Source: a virus
Length of the DNA stretch: 64,000 nucleotides
IMG/VR virus record: IMGVR_UViG_3300034103_001027
Location: 32,001 to 96,000 of that record
Direction: 5' to 3' (one strand)
Part shown: piece by piece, positions 37,610 to 49,477 of the stretch
How positions within the stretch are numbered: the stretch's first letter is position 1
Layout: each line of letters begins with the position of its first letter
Notes under the pieces: model-generated
What the model saw: the letters and a program-made list of their open reading frames with translations, nothing else
What the model was told of the DNA's origin: nothing
Database searches by the model: none
Made by a program: the position numbers and the translations under genes

Positions 37610-39253
37610 CTACACCAGCACTCCACATGAAAGGTCAATCACCGCCACATCCACATCGGGCTTACTCCAGTGCTCAAGGATCACGTTACCCTTGCGTTTA
37701 ACCTTCATCGCTGCTATGGCCTTCTCGAAGGTCCTGTGATCCATCTCGGCACATTCGACCGTTAGGATAGGTGCCTTGGCATTACTCAGCTCATGGATCG
37801 CTGCAACAAGACACAACCCGTACAGTAACCTCTTGCTGCGCGCCAATGACTCAATGGCAACGTCGTCAATGGACACATCCAAGGTCCATCCACGGCCATT
37901 CTGGTTGACGCTAACGTAGAGGTTGCTGAGGCCAGCAGCACCAAGCATCTCATTTGCCTTTGATTCAATTGGCCCTTTTAGCTTCTGAACCTCCTCAGTA
38001 AGACGCTTCTTGGCCGTCTCCAATCTTGTCGCAACGCCTTCAAGTTCCATGAACGCCTTGTTCCTGGCCTCAACCTGCTTCTTCATTGCTGCTTCATATG
38101 CATCCCACGCGCTTGCGGCTTGTACTTGCTGCTTAAGCGTCGAGATTGACGCATGTGCAGCAAAGAGAGCCTGGTCGTCTAAGATGCAATCGAAGCTGGG
38201 CTTCAGGCCAGCAGTGGCCATCGTGACCGCCTCGATCTTGTCAAGCGCTGTGTTGATTTGCTTGATTTCGTTGGCGTACTTATTGGACAACTCGCTCAGC
38301 TTTCCAGAGGCTGCGTACACCCTAAGGCCATCTGCCTCTGGGATCGTGCTCTTGAACGTCGCGGATTCAGGCAGCTCCAATTCCCCCTCGGGGATCTGAC
38401 TGCAGATCAAGTCACTCCACTCCTGGGTAGCCGCCTTCGGATTAGCCCACTGAACAGCTTGCACCAAAAGATGCACTGTATCCTGAACAGCCACCCTAAG
38501 AGGCACACCGCGCCCTCTAGCAGAGGAGACAATCTTTGGCTCTTTGCTAGACGCCTCCTGGTATATGGCAAGCTGGGTATTTGCTTTTTCAAGCTCAGCG
38601 TTTACGTGCGACAGCTTTGTGTTTAGGCCCTGAAGGATGCCGGTTAGCCGCTGCTTATCAGCCACCCGAGCGGCAGCCTCAGTCTCGGTGCTCTCGAGTT
38701 TCGCATTGGCACTGACTTGCATGTTGTGCCTGGAAAGCTTTTGCTCGATCTCCCTGATCTGATCTTCGATCTCATGGATTGGAGGACCAGTGTACGTGTC
38801 AGGCGTCGGCGGCGTCGGTGCGTCGATGATAGTCTTTAGTCTTTTGCGGTCAGCTTCGAGCGATGCGATGTCCGATTCAATTGAATCAAGTGTCCCTGGT
38901 GGCGAGATAAGCTTCAGTCTTCCAGCGCCAGTAAGGGACCAGAATTCATCGACAGTGCTCGGCAGTCCACCCTGTGTCTCAGGGTCCTCCCACGCCTTCT
39001 TGCCTCCACGGATACTCCATGAAGCTTCGATGCCACGCCCCCAGGCCGTTGCTACCGCTGCATCGCCGCTCATCAGCTTAGACTGCGCTGATGCAATGGC
39101 TCCTATTTCGCATCGACCTGTAGCGGCAAGCTGTAGTGCGGCAGTAGCAGCAGACTTGCCTGATTCGTTGGGGCCCGTGATTACCAGCACATTATCCAAC
39201 TGAATGGTGTTTGAAGTGCCCTTGACGCCGCTATAACTTAAATTAGTAAACAT
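37610..39253 (-). CDS. SMC/Rad50-like AAA ATPase
   Basis: GPNESGKS, long coiled coil, degenerate signature/Walker B at the C-terminus. Confidence 0.7.
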   Translation of the reverse strand: MFTNLSYSGVKGTSNTIQLDNVLVITGPNESGKSAATAALQLAATGRCEIGAIASAQSKLMSGDAAVATAWGRGIEASWSIRGGKKAWEDPETQGGLPSTVDEFWSLTGAGRLKLISPPGTLDSIESDIASLEADRKRLKTIIDAPTPPTPDTYTGPPIHEIEDQIREIEQKLSRHNMQVSANAKLESTETEAAARVADKQRLTGILQGLNTKLSHVNAELEKANTQLAIYQEASSKEPKIVSSARGRGVPLRVAVQDTVHLLVQAVQWANPKAATQEWSDLICSQIPEGELELPESATFKSTIPEADGLRVYAASGKLSELSNKYANEIKQINTALDKIEAVTMATAGLKPSFDCILDDQALFAAHASISTLKQQVQAASAWDAYEAAMKKQVEARNKAFMELEGVATRLETAKKRLTEEVQKLKGPIESKANEMLGAAGLSNLYVSVNQNGRGWTLDVSIDDVAIESLARSKRLLYGLCLVAAIHELSNAKAPILTVECAEMDHRTFEKAIAAMKVKRKGNVILEHWSKPDVDVAVIDLSCGVLV

Positions 39254-39278
39254 ATTGCTCCTGTTTTATGGTAAGCTA

Positions 39279-39707
39279 CTAGGAAATGGACTTGACTTTA
39301 ATGCTTTCATTGACAAAATTGATGATGTCGCCCCAACTTCTCCCCTCATGAAACATAATTGTGATGGTGTTGAACACCTGTTCTTTGCATTCTGATGAGT
39401 ACTCAAGACCACCAAAGTACCGATAAACGGACGGTTCCTGGGCACTTTCTGGATCAATATTCCATGGCAGTAGTCGTAGAATATTGATAATGGATTGCCA
39501 TGCCGCATGCGCAGGGATGTGCTTCAGTAGTTCGACTGCCAGTTCGTTGGCGATTGCTACCTGAGCTTCGCACATCTGTTCTAAAGACATAGCGTGCGGA
39601 CCAGTAGCAGTGTGGTCGAGGTAATCGCGAATGTGATCGCGAATATCGTGTTCGTCGTTGGCTTCAAGTGAATCGAGTAGCATCTGTCTCTCCCTACTTG
39701 TCAGCAT
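39279..39707 (-). CDS. Hypothetical protein
   Basis: 142-aa ORF. Confidence 0.55.
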   Translation of the reverse strand: MLTSRERQMLLDSLEANDEHDIRDHIRDYLDHTATGPHAMSLEQMCEAQVAIANELAVELLKHIPAHAAWQSIINILRLLPWNIDPESAQEPSVYRYFGGLEYSSECKEQVFNTITIMFHEGRSWGDIINFVNESIKVKSIS

Positions 39708-39758
39708 AGAATAGTATTATATTTTTGTGACACCTTTGGTCAAACACGGAGAAAAGTT

Positions 39759-40145
39759 ATGGAAGTTGATCCTAAGCAAATCGCACTGATATCCAGCGCC
39801 AAGGCGTGGATTGCCAGTAGGATACGCGATGTCAGATTGGCTCGTGGTATGACACAGAAAGAACTCAGTAATCGCATGGCGATAACCTATACCAGAGTTT
39901 CTGACCTGGAAAACAACATCTCGGACTACAAAATCAGCTCACTCCTTAGGGCCGCATGGGGGCTTGGAGTCTCGCTTGAGGACTTGATGAGCGGCTGCCC
40001 TGGATGGAAGTCCAAGGCAGCCATCGAAAAAACAATGATTATTGTTGAACACCAGAGAGCCCATCACGTTCTAGTCTCTTCTGGTGTTTCGGCTCGAGAG
40101 GCTGACCGCATTTGCGCCAGACTCCTCGATGAATCCCGGTCATAA
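39759..40145 (+). CDS. XRE-family HTH transcriptional regulator
   Basis: IRDVRLARGMTQKELS...VSDLEN...LGVSLEDL. Confidence 0.85.
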   Translation: MEVDPKQIALISSAKAWIASRIRDVRLARGMTQKELSNRMAITYTRVSDLENNISDYKISSLLRAAWGLGVSLEDLMSGCPGWKSKAAIEKTMIIVEHQRAHHVLVSSGVSAREADRICARLLDESRS

Positions 40146-43100
40146 CAAATTCCCACCCCGTCTTATGCTTGGTAGCGTCGGAGTATCCTTTCAGTATTGT
40201 AGCCAGAGGTTTACTGACAATCATCTAATAGTTCCTCCTTTTCTTCCTTGATTCCAAACTTTTTCATGAGCGACTCCCGGTACTCCAAAGCGCCCTCCAC
40301 CCCCAAGGCTCGCATCCTCTGGCTGAACAGATGCCTTACAGGCTCCAGCTTCTCGTAGGTACTGAGGACCCCCTTGACCTTCTCATGGGCTGCCTGTAAT
40401 GCCTCATGGTACTCTGCGTGCCTGGAATCAATTGCGTCTGGAACAAACACGCAATTACGAATCACGAGAAATTCCCCGTCCTTTTCTGCGACGAGGATGT
40501 GGTATGTCTTACTGATAGGTAGCTTGTCGATTACGTTCATGTATGCCTCTTTCGTTGTTGATGTAGTGTCGGATACTAAGTGTCTCTTATAGGCGACTCC
40601 TTGTGTGTTATAGGCTTGTTAAATCTATGTATCGCCAACCAGCTCGCGCGCCGATTCGTTCACTTCCATTCATTTCACTCTCCTTCGACTACCACTCTGG
40701 TAGTGTACTGATCTCCATTGATCACGTAAGTGCCACACGCTTCACCAGTCGCTAGCGCCTCGGTGATCATGCCTTGCACTGGATGGTCAGGCGAGAATAT
40801 TTCCCGTACCTTGCTGACCTCGCCGTGCGCTACTGTATGCACAGCATTTCCGTCGATGTCGTTCACTAATACTATTGCCATTACACCTCCTCTGATTGGT
40901 CGTCGACCACTTGAAACAAAACGCGATCATGGCTTTCAAAAATAGAAGCAAATCCATCACGCAGGCGAATGTTACCTGGATCGATTTCCAGTAGCCTTTC
41001 CATTGCTGTCTTTAGTAATTTTTTCGATTCTACTAAGCACACCCTTGCCGCCTCTCGCGACCTCACTCGCTCAATTCTCTTCATTTTGCTCCTCCGTTGG
41101 TCTGGTGTTTAACTGACTGGCCATGACTCTCGCGCTCAGCACGTTCCAAGAACCCCAAAAAGTTCATTCTTATACGCCCAAGATTCGACATCCGCAATCT
41201 GCTCCTCAGTCATACACTCTTCAATAGCATCCATCGCCGATTCAATTTTATTAAGTCTCTTATAATATGCTTTGAGTTCTCTGTGATAAGGATGATCCAT
41301 TGGATTCTTACCATAAAATGGGCTTCGCCAAAGTGCGTGCACCCTGCGGGCAAGCCTCTTGAAGGTTGCTATTTGCGTTGTAGTTGCCATTCCTATCTCC
41401 GTTAAATAAGTAAGTATCTCACGCTTTACGTTTCACACATCCTTTAAGCTGTGAACATAAGAGAATGTCCTCGTTGGAGTACCCACCTGCCGGTGGCTGT
41501 CCTTCATAAAACGAGTATATGATTTGTTGCTGTCCCACTCCATATTTACCAGGATTTGGGTTTTGGTTTCACCAACAATTACACCGACAAGGCCGTCGCT
41601 TGTCTTGATGTATAGCGTACCTAAATGGTTGATTAGCTTGCTCATTCTGCCTCTCCCTTGCAAGAATAGCGGCCAGACGAAGTGACAGGCCGCTTGATAC
41701 TCAACACTTCTTTATCTATAAACTCAGTGCATGAGCACATGCCACTTCGCACCTCACCTAGCAGGGACAGTTCCAGGCGACTAGCTTCCCTATACTTAGA
41801 AAACGCATCCCTCTCTGCGAGTCTACACGCTTCAGTTTCAGATTGAATCATTGTGTCGAACTCAACCATCGTTTTCACTAGGCCAATCCTCTTGGCCTCT
41901 CGTCTTGCAAATGTTTGAGTGCGACGGGGATCCTGTGATCGCAAGTATCTCAAAAAGTCCAGAGCCTTAGTTGTGGGGTTTTCGTAGTTAAAGTCGTTCA
42001 TGTAGCGGATCGCTTTAACCTCACCGTTGTCAATCGCGACCCAGGCTTTACCGCAGCCCCTGTAGTCTCGATCCAGGACGGTATCATCTATCTTGTAAAC
42101 AATCATTTTGTGCCTCCTTCGATTTGGTGTTTAACTGTTCGTTACTACTCGATCACGTAGCATGTGACGCTTGTGCCATCTATCTCGACCGAGATTACAC
42201 CGCTGCCGCCATCATGCTTAGCCGCCTCAATTGATTCAGCCAGCTCTTCGGCGGTTGCCTCTCGAACAAAATCGCCGGTCTGATAACTCATTAAGCTTGC
42301 CATTTATCTCTCCATATCTAAGGGTTGTGCGTAGCCGCATTGAAGCTAGTTGTCGGTTACTGAATACTAACCTCTGGCAAATCCATGACCCCATCGCTTT
42401 CGCGAAGCTCATTCGCGGCGTCACACCAGTCGCTTGCAAGTTGCCTGAGATACTTCTCGCATGTATCAGTCAGTGGAAACGATCCGCAGAAGTCCTCGGC
42501 TACAACTCTGAACTTATCATGGCCTGGCATGTCCATTGCGCTCAGGTCGTACTCGTTGAAGATAGCCAGGCAGCCTTGTTGCCCTTCGCAATGCAGCCAC
42601 AAGCCGCCCTTCCCTGACTTTGTAGTGCCGGGATGTATCTTGACTGAGCCATCAGCTAAGCCCTTAGCAAGCCAGCCGCACGTTCCACGAAGGTATCCGG
42701 TATTGGGTATACTGAATTCCATAACTAAATCTCCTGCGGGGCGATAGCTGCCCGCTAGCTTCCGGTAATTCCCGGCGTTTCCCGAATTCGGTCGGGGCCG
42801 TTCCTCAAAGTGAGGTAATTCATCTACATTCTAACATCGGTTATTACCGATATCGGAATCCTCTTTCTCTCGTGCAGTACCTTCGCCCACTTATGGCCGT
42901 AGCCAAGCAGGCGATAGTTACCTCCACCGCATGTCGTCACCCATACGGACTTGATTGCCAAGTCCCTATTGCTGACCATCTTCTTCAGTTCTCTCAGTGT
43001 CATCTCGATTCTCCATTTCAATGAACAGATCTATTTGTGCGTCAATTGCATCAGCCGCCTCTTTGGCTGTTGCGCGATCCTCATTTGTATTGAGGTCAGC

Positions 43101-43165
43101 TTCCCGTGCTAGCCAGTACAGGAATCTCTGTATCATCCCAAATAGTTCTAGCGTCTTGCCTTTCA

Positions 43166-43999
43166 TCACCACCATCCAGTCACGGCAAAGCCGCTGTCAA
43201 GTGCCTTCTGTCGAAACTCCTTCGATGGTGCCTTGAGTCTTAACCCAATCACAACACCACGAGGATCTTCCCATCTGCGGTCAGTCTCATCTCCGTTGAC
43301 TACCTGGAAACCATTCCATTCCTCTGGGAGAGTCCGATTGAACTTGTGAAGGTTCCTCGCCCCTGAAGTGTAACCATCGTCAAACACAACGGCAACATTC
43401 TTTCCTTCCTGGAGCAGCTCGATGCATGTTCCGTCACCGAATTTACCACCTCTAGAGAATGTAGTCCAGTAGTTCTTTCGGACTTGACCAACTCGCTGAG
43501 GGTGTTTGGTGTAGTCATAGAACTGAACATCTGGGTGTGCTTGCGGCACGCCGTATTTCTCCCACTTAATATCAGAAAACATGTTCGGCCTGTAGCAAAG
43601 CTTCTTGCCCTGCTTCTTAGCCTTCTCACTGAACTTCTCGATCTCCCTTGCTTGTTGGTCAAGGAACCATTCGCGAGCCTGGAACCACGCAACAGTCCTG
43701 GCTATTCTAGCGCCGTGAATCACGTCGCCTAAAAAGTGCTTTGCACCTCTTCCTGTCTGGTCGAGACATGTGTCTGGGCAGTGCAGCGCATTCGTGCATA
43801 CGTTGCCAGTTCCAGAACTCTCCTCTGGAGCCAGCGACGTGCCACAGGACATATACTCTTCGTTGTTATTCTTGGCTGTCTTCATGTTGTTATCGCCGTT
43901 AGAGACTACGCTCTTAACTGGTCGCAGCACACCATTGACCTCCACCACTGGGCTGCCATTAACCCAATCAACAACACGATTCACCTTAGTATTAATCAC
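43166..43999 (-). CDS. Phage Gp88-like protein
   Basis: C...C...C cluster, RPNMFSDIKW, FYDYTK, NVAVVF, GDETDRR..DP..VIGL. Confidence 0.7.
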   Translation of the reverse strand: MINTKVNRVVDWVNGSPVVEVNGVLRPVKSVVSNGDNNMKTAKNNNEEYMSCGTSLAPEESSGTGNVCTNALHCPDTCLDQTGRGAKHFLGDVIHGARIARTVAWFQAREWFLDQQAREIEKFSEKAKKQGKKLCYRPNMFSDIKWEKYGVPQAHPDVQFYDYTKHPQRVGQVRKNYWTTFSRGGKFGDGTCIELLQEGKNVAVVFDDGYTSGARNLHKFNRTLPEEWNGFQVVNGDETDRRWEDPRGVVIGLRLKAPSKEFRQKALDSGFAVTGWW

Positions 44000-44541
44000 T
44001 CAATAGCTCCTTATATTTTAGATACAACAAAAAGAGAGGCCGGATAAAACTGCCGTTGCCGTACCTCTCAGGGGAGAATGCTACGCAGATGAGTGCCACG
44101 TAGCAGGCTAGTTCTTAACTGGACGGCAATCTGCCTGTTAAGCGCCAGCCCTCTTTGCCTTATACCCTTAGTCGTTGACTGGGTTAATTTCCATTTCGTA
44201 GTGCGACCTGGCTGTCTCGAGCATCGACTCGAAATCAACGCCTCTATCGCTGCAGAAATGCATCATGTCGACTAAGAGGTCCAGGCAGTCAGATTGCATT
44301 GGACCTTCCGAGTTAGTGATGTCTGCATAAAACACGATGCATCGTTCAGCTAGCATTGATCTTTCTTGATTATCCACGAGCGCTGACCTCCAGTGATTGC
44401 TTACCGAGACTTGTAATGTCGAAACCATTTTCTACTTCACCATCGACTGGCTCAACCAGCCCCTTTCGTTGTAGTGACTTGAGGATCAGGAATGTCTGGT
44501 GCCTGCTACCCCAGAACCATGGGCCTTGCCGCCATGCACCA

Positions 44542-45045
44542 TTACGCTTCAACTGCAGCAGCACTGCACGTTGATTCTTCGTTGCTCTTGGAACCTTTAC
44601 TTGCATCCTCTGGACCTTTCTGAAAAATGAGGGGTGCCTTGCAGCACTTGCTGACATAAAGAATTAGTTTCCTGATCTTGCTGATGGACATTACCTTCTT
44701 GCCGCAGCAGGAGCATTCGTACTGATACGCTATGCTCGGATGCACGCGAGCCTCGACGCTTCGATCTGGCCTGGCTCCGATCTCTCGGCACTTGGCTCGC
44801 CACCTTAACCCATGATCATCACCCGGTGTTAGGGCGTGTGCGACTTCATGCAGCACAGTATCCATCAAGTCGCCTTCGGGTTGGTATTTCGACACATGGA
44901 TACACTTGCTGCTGCAGTCGCAAAGGCCAAGTGTCCTCTTGCTTCTGGTCACCTTGACGCTCCAGTCGCTAAGTCCATGAGCGTCCAGGACGCTTTGGAC
45001 CTCTGCGACATTAACGTCGACACGCTTAAGTACTCGCATTGGCAT
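44542..45045 (-). CDS. SprT-like zinc metalloprotease
   Basis: LGLC, DTVLHEVAHAL, HG..W, YECSCC. Confidence 0.8.
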   Translation of the reverse strand: MPMRVLKRVDVNVAEVQSVLDAHGLSDWSVKVTRSKRTLGLCDCSSKCIHVSKYQPEGDLMDTVLHEVAHALTPGDDHGLRWRAKCREIGARPDRSVEARVHPSIAYQYECSCCGKKVMSISKIRKLILYVSKCCKAPLIFQKGPEDASKGSKSNEESTCSAAAVEA

Positions 45046-47510
45046 TCTCCTTGTAAGCCCTAAGTAACTTGACAGCCTTCTCGGACATATTCAGTGCGTC
45101 ATGGTGTGCCGTTAGCCCCCTGACAGTCATCTCTTCCATTAGCCTCCATGTGAAGTACCCCATTGCCTCTTCTCGCTGGTCGCTGTAGAAGTAGTGACCG
45201 TTGATCCACTCTGCGCTTCCTAGTGTATACAGTGACACAACGTACCCTGCGCACCTGCCACTGCCGCTTCTCTGCTCGACAAGTATTAGGTGTACAAATT
45301 CGTCAGGCGCACCAAGCGCACTGTACGGCGCAAAGGCCACTAGGTTGCCGGATGCCTTGTAGTTAATCATTGTCGCTCTCCTGGATATGAACGTGTTGTG
45401 ATTGCGCGGATATGTACTGTCCGTTGCAGCATATCACTGGGCCTCCATGATCCCACCCAACAAGCCGATGCATCGCCCTATTGTTGCCAGGCTCGCTGCC
45501 GTACTGAACCAGTACGTCAGTCCTTGGATTCACATCGCTTGGGCGAACTGCTCTCCACTTTTGTGGTCGATACCTCCGATAACTCCTCTCTTCCCCCCAC
45601 TCAATAGGCTCAGTGAGTTCGCTGTCAGTTAGCGCGATTATGTTATTGCCGATGGCAATACGAGTAATGCTATCGCTCCATCGCCACATCTCATCGACCT
45701 TCATCACTGCAGACAGTCCCTCAAACGCTTCCTTTGGTGTCATTACTTAATCTCCCTTGTTAAGTTCTCACAAGCCCTGAGTGCCTCTCGTAAATTCCAC
45801 CAGTCTTGATACCACCTGTATCCGTCTTCATCTACAGGATAGTCATCATCGTGATTGTCCTCATCCACATAGACAGCACCGACGTCCATGTGATTAGCCA
45901 TAACCTCTCTCGCCTCTTCCATGAGTATCTGAAACTCAACTGGAATGTTCATCTCCTGTCCCTTTCGTAAGATTCAAATGTATCGTACCCATAACACGCA
46001 ATCATCTGATCCATCATGACACTCATGTGCCCGGAACTTGCTGTGCCGCCGAACCCCTCGTCCTTTCTGTCGTTGTAGTTCTCAGCGAGCTTAGCCATCA
46101 GTTCCAGCGTGTCACTGAGTAAGTACTCCGTGTCCTCCTCAAGGCACTCCAGCACCTTTATGATGCACTCGGTTATGAAGATCCCTTCGTAGCACTCTGG
46201 ATCATTGCCGTTCTCTTGTAGGAATAGTTTCATATTACCAACATCTCCTTGAATGTTTTAAGGATCTCTTTACCTAGACTAGTAGGCGTGTACTGCTTGC
46301 CGTCGAAACTCGCCAGACCTTTGCGAGCCAGCGAGTCCATGGCCCTCTTGGTTCCAGATGGAGTATCCCACACCCACCCGCAGCAGTCGTGCCACTTTCC
46401 ACTATCGACCAATGACCTAAGGACAGCCACTTGAATCGCTCCGACACTGACCCCATGCTTCCTCTTGATATGGTCCAGGTTTTTAGCTTGCTGCACGTCC
46501 ACCAGAAGCCTATTAACGTACCCGATCCAGTATCCCGCTGCGCTGTCACTAACACTGCGACTCTCGATAGTGCTCTGTATGAACTTCAGTAGCGAAGTGA
46601 GCTCCGCGATGTCTATTGAATACTTCATGCTTTACTCACCTCCTTAACCGTCTCGACCCACTTATCGCTTCCCATTATTTCACCATCAAAGATAATATAT
46701 TTCTTTAGTATCTCCTCTCCGATCCTTGCTGCATCCTGGCGAGACTCAGCCTCGACGATCCTTGTCTCAATGTAAATCTCCTTGCGAACAAACTTGATCT
46801 CATACTTCTTCATCTGACTCTCCTTCTCTTCTTGCTTGACTTAACCTTGCACGGAAACTTCTCGTACACCCAATCCTCTAGTATCTCAAAGTCCTTCGTG
46901 GATATCCTTCGCGCCTCGTGCTCCTCATGCAGATTCCTGATTACGTACAGCAGCCGATCTCTCTTGTCCTGTATCATCTTCAGGTTGCCATCGCACTTAA
47001 TGGCCTGCTTGAATCTTTGTATCGTGCCCATCACTTGCTCCTTCTTGTTACTTGATATTCCCTGTCGAAGACGACCACCTCGTCCTCGTATACAGTGATC
47101 CTATTGTCTTCCTCGTCGATCACGACCATGCAAGGAATCCCACGCATAATCGTCTCGACATTCAAGTACTCAACACCTTCTAAGTGAACTTGATTTGATT
47201 CCATTACGGTACTCCAAGTTCTTCTGACAGATCGTGGTCGTAGTTTGTACTGCCGTCATCGTTAACTCCGTAGATAGATACCTCTGTTGGCCTTTTCGTG
47301 TCAGGCTCAATCTCAACACCCATGTCTTTCTCGAACCTAGAACCGTCCATGAGTTCGCAGTGGAATACACCCCATTTAATCCACCACTCCTTAATATCTT
47401 CAGTAGTCTTTCCCTCTGGCAATTCTACTGACGCACATGTGCTGCAGTAGTAAGTCGCATGTACTATAAACTCATTAATCGCCTTCATTTGCATTCTCCT
47501 TTGTGTGAAA

Positions 47511-47981
47511 CTACCGTCGTGATACACTGACCTTAAGTGACTCCATTATCCGATTGGCAATGTCGTCTGTGTCAATTCCGACACGCTCAGCGAGGTTGTC
47601 GTAGTCGATGTGTATGCTCTCGGCCAGTTCGGCATAGTCCAGGTCGATGTTGCTTGCGATATCCTCTTTATCCAACTCAAGACACTCAACCAACTCCCTG
47701 TAGTCGACTTCAAGGTATCTAGCTAGCTCGCTATATTCAAAACATAGGTTATCAGCCAGCTCTCTGTAATCGATATGCCTCGACCAGTTTATGTCCTCAG
47801 TGGCTCTCGTAACTGCATCATCTATAGCTACCGAATCTAGACCCTTGCTGACTTCACGGCGCATGACTTCTTCAATATCGATTCTATTGATTCGAGATTG
47901 AATCTCTGATGCAATCAGTTGTTTGACGCACGCATCGATGCGATTCGTGATGAATGATTTAAATCGTGTGAACATGTTCAT
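47511..47981 (-). CDS. Hypothetical protein with about seven 11-aa acidic repeats
   Basis: IDYRELADNL / FEYSELARYL / VDYRELVECL / LDYAELAESI / IDYDNLAERV. Confidence 0.65.
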   Translation of the reverse strand: MNMFTRFKSFITNRIDACVKQLIASEIQSRINRIDIEEVMRREVSKGLDSVAIDDAVTRATEDINWSRHIDYRELADNLCFEYSELARYLEVDYRELVECLELDKEDIASNIDLDYAELAESIHIDYDNLAERVGIDTDDIANRIMESLKVSVSRR

Positions 47982-48517
47982 TTGTCTTCTCCTTTTGAAA
48001 ATTGTTTACTATCCCGCAGGTACTTCAGAAGGGCGACCGCCTTCTTGTACTCAGCCTGAATCGCCAGATCCTCTAGTGCCGCATGCCCGTCAAGGGCCTT
48101 GCACAGGTCGGACATGGAGATCAGTACGTCTCGAATGCTTGTCACCATATCGATGGTAACGCCACCAATAGTGACGCCACCCTCTACAGTGAGCATCCCA
48201 TCTATGACGGTGATCGTGTGCTTCACTTCTCCTCCAGCGTGTACGTGACTGCTACGTCGTCCATGGTTTCGCTAATTACCGCACCCTCGGACCTCAGCAC
48301 TGCGAGTACGCTCTCAAATGCCTTCTTGGTGCAGTCAGATATAGCATCAACTGGAACAATTCGAACTGGTCGGCCACTCATGAGATCCTCTACGTGTCTA
48401 GCGATGTCACCTGCAGGCCACCCGAACGTCATGAACATCGCCATCTCTTGCCTGACGATTTCACTTGACACCTCATTACTTAGCTTCATATTGATTCTCC
48501 TGTCTCTTAAGAGACGG

Positions 48518-49477
48518 CTAAACATTAAAGAACTTTCGCAATCTCTCGTGACCGTATTGACCTTTCGTCTTCTCAATTATCTGCTTGACCGTGTACTCCT
48601 TTCTCTCATGCCCTGCGGACTCGACGAACATTTGGCAGCCCATCGAGCAGGCCCCGGTAACTGACCTGTACAACTGAACGCACTTCTCGAACGGCAGCTT
48701 GTCGGTTAGCTTCAGGCCCTTGAACTCACTGGTGTCCCTCGGTGATAACTTGTAGGCCAGGGACTCACGCGCTTTCTCGATGGTCTCTCCGTGAGAATAG
48801 TTCTCCCCGTCTGTTACGAGATACGAAACCTTGCCGTCGATCTGGCGTAGTTTGCGAATACCAAACTTCTCGCTTATGACTTCCGAGAAGACACCATCAA
48901 CCTTGATGTACTTGCCGTTCTGCCAAGACAGGAGTCGAACATCGCTTCCTATATGGCGACTGTCGCCCTGCAGGTGTAGGTCTCCACCAACCGTAGGATT
49001 AAATCCTTCCGGCAGGCTGGTAACACTCCGCAGATATAGGTTTCCACCAACCGTAGGATTGAATCCTTCCGGCAGGCTGATAACCCTCGACAGGTATAGG
49101 TCTCCACCAACCGTAGGATTAAATCCTTCCGGCAGGCTGGTAACGCTGTGCAGGTAAAGGCTTCTACAAACCGTAGGATTAAATCCTTCCGGCAGGCTGG
49201 TAACACTCCGCAGGTCGAGGTATCCACCAACCGTAGGATTGAATCCTTCCGGCAGGCTGGTAACACTCCGCAGGTCGAGGTCTCCACCAACCGTAGGATT
49301 GAATCCTTCCGGCAGGCTGGTAACACTCGACAGGTATAGGTCTCCACCAACCGTAGGATTAAATCCTTCCGGCAGGCTGGTAACACTCCGCAGGTCGAGG
49401 TCTCCACCAATGGGCTGCCTCCCGTCGAACTGCTCGTCAGTAATATTGAATTTCTTGCAAAACTCTTTTCGATTCAT
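48518..49477 (-). CDS. Leucine-rich-repeat-like protein (20-aa repeats)
   Basis: GGDLxLxSVTSLPEGFNPTV repeated about 7 times. Confidence 0.8.
   Translation of the reverse strand: MNRKEFCKKFNITDEQFDGRQPIGGDLDLRSVTSLPEGFNPTVGGDLYLSSVTSLPEGFNPTVGGDLDLRSVTSLPEGFNPTVGGYLDLRSVTSLPEGFNPTVCRSLYLHSVTSLPEGFNPTVGGDLYLSRVISLPEGFNPTVGGNLYLRSVTSLPEGFNPTVGGDLHLQGDSRHIGSDVRLLSWQNGKYIKVDGVFSEVISEKFGIRKLRQIDGKVSYLVTDGENYSHGETIEKARESLAYKLSPRDTSEFKGLKLTDKLPFEKCVQLYRSVTGACSMGCQMFVESAGHERKEYTVKQIIEKTKGQYGHERLRKFFNV
48971..49410 (-). repeat. 60-bp coding tandem repeat, about 7.3 units
   Basis: Units align in register on consecutive 60-nt lines. Confidence 0.95.

Noticed and set aside
44080-44110. Hammerhead ribozyme core
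   Set aside because: Reads CAGATGAG rather than CTGATGA, and there is no correctly placed GAAA
48971-49410. 60-bp repeats as a CRISPR array or DGR template/variable repeats
   Set aside because: Contiguous in-frame coding repeats with no spacers; no cas or reverse transcriptase gene in the window
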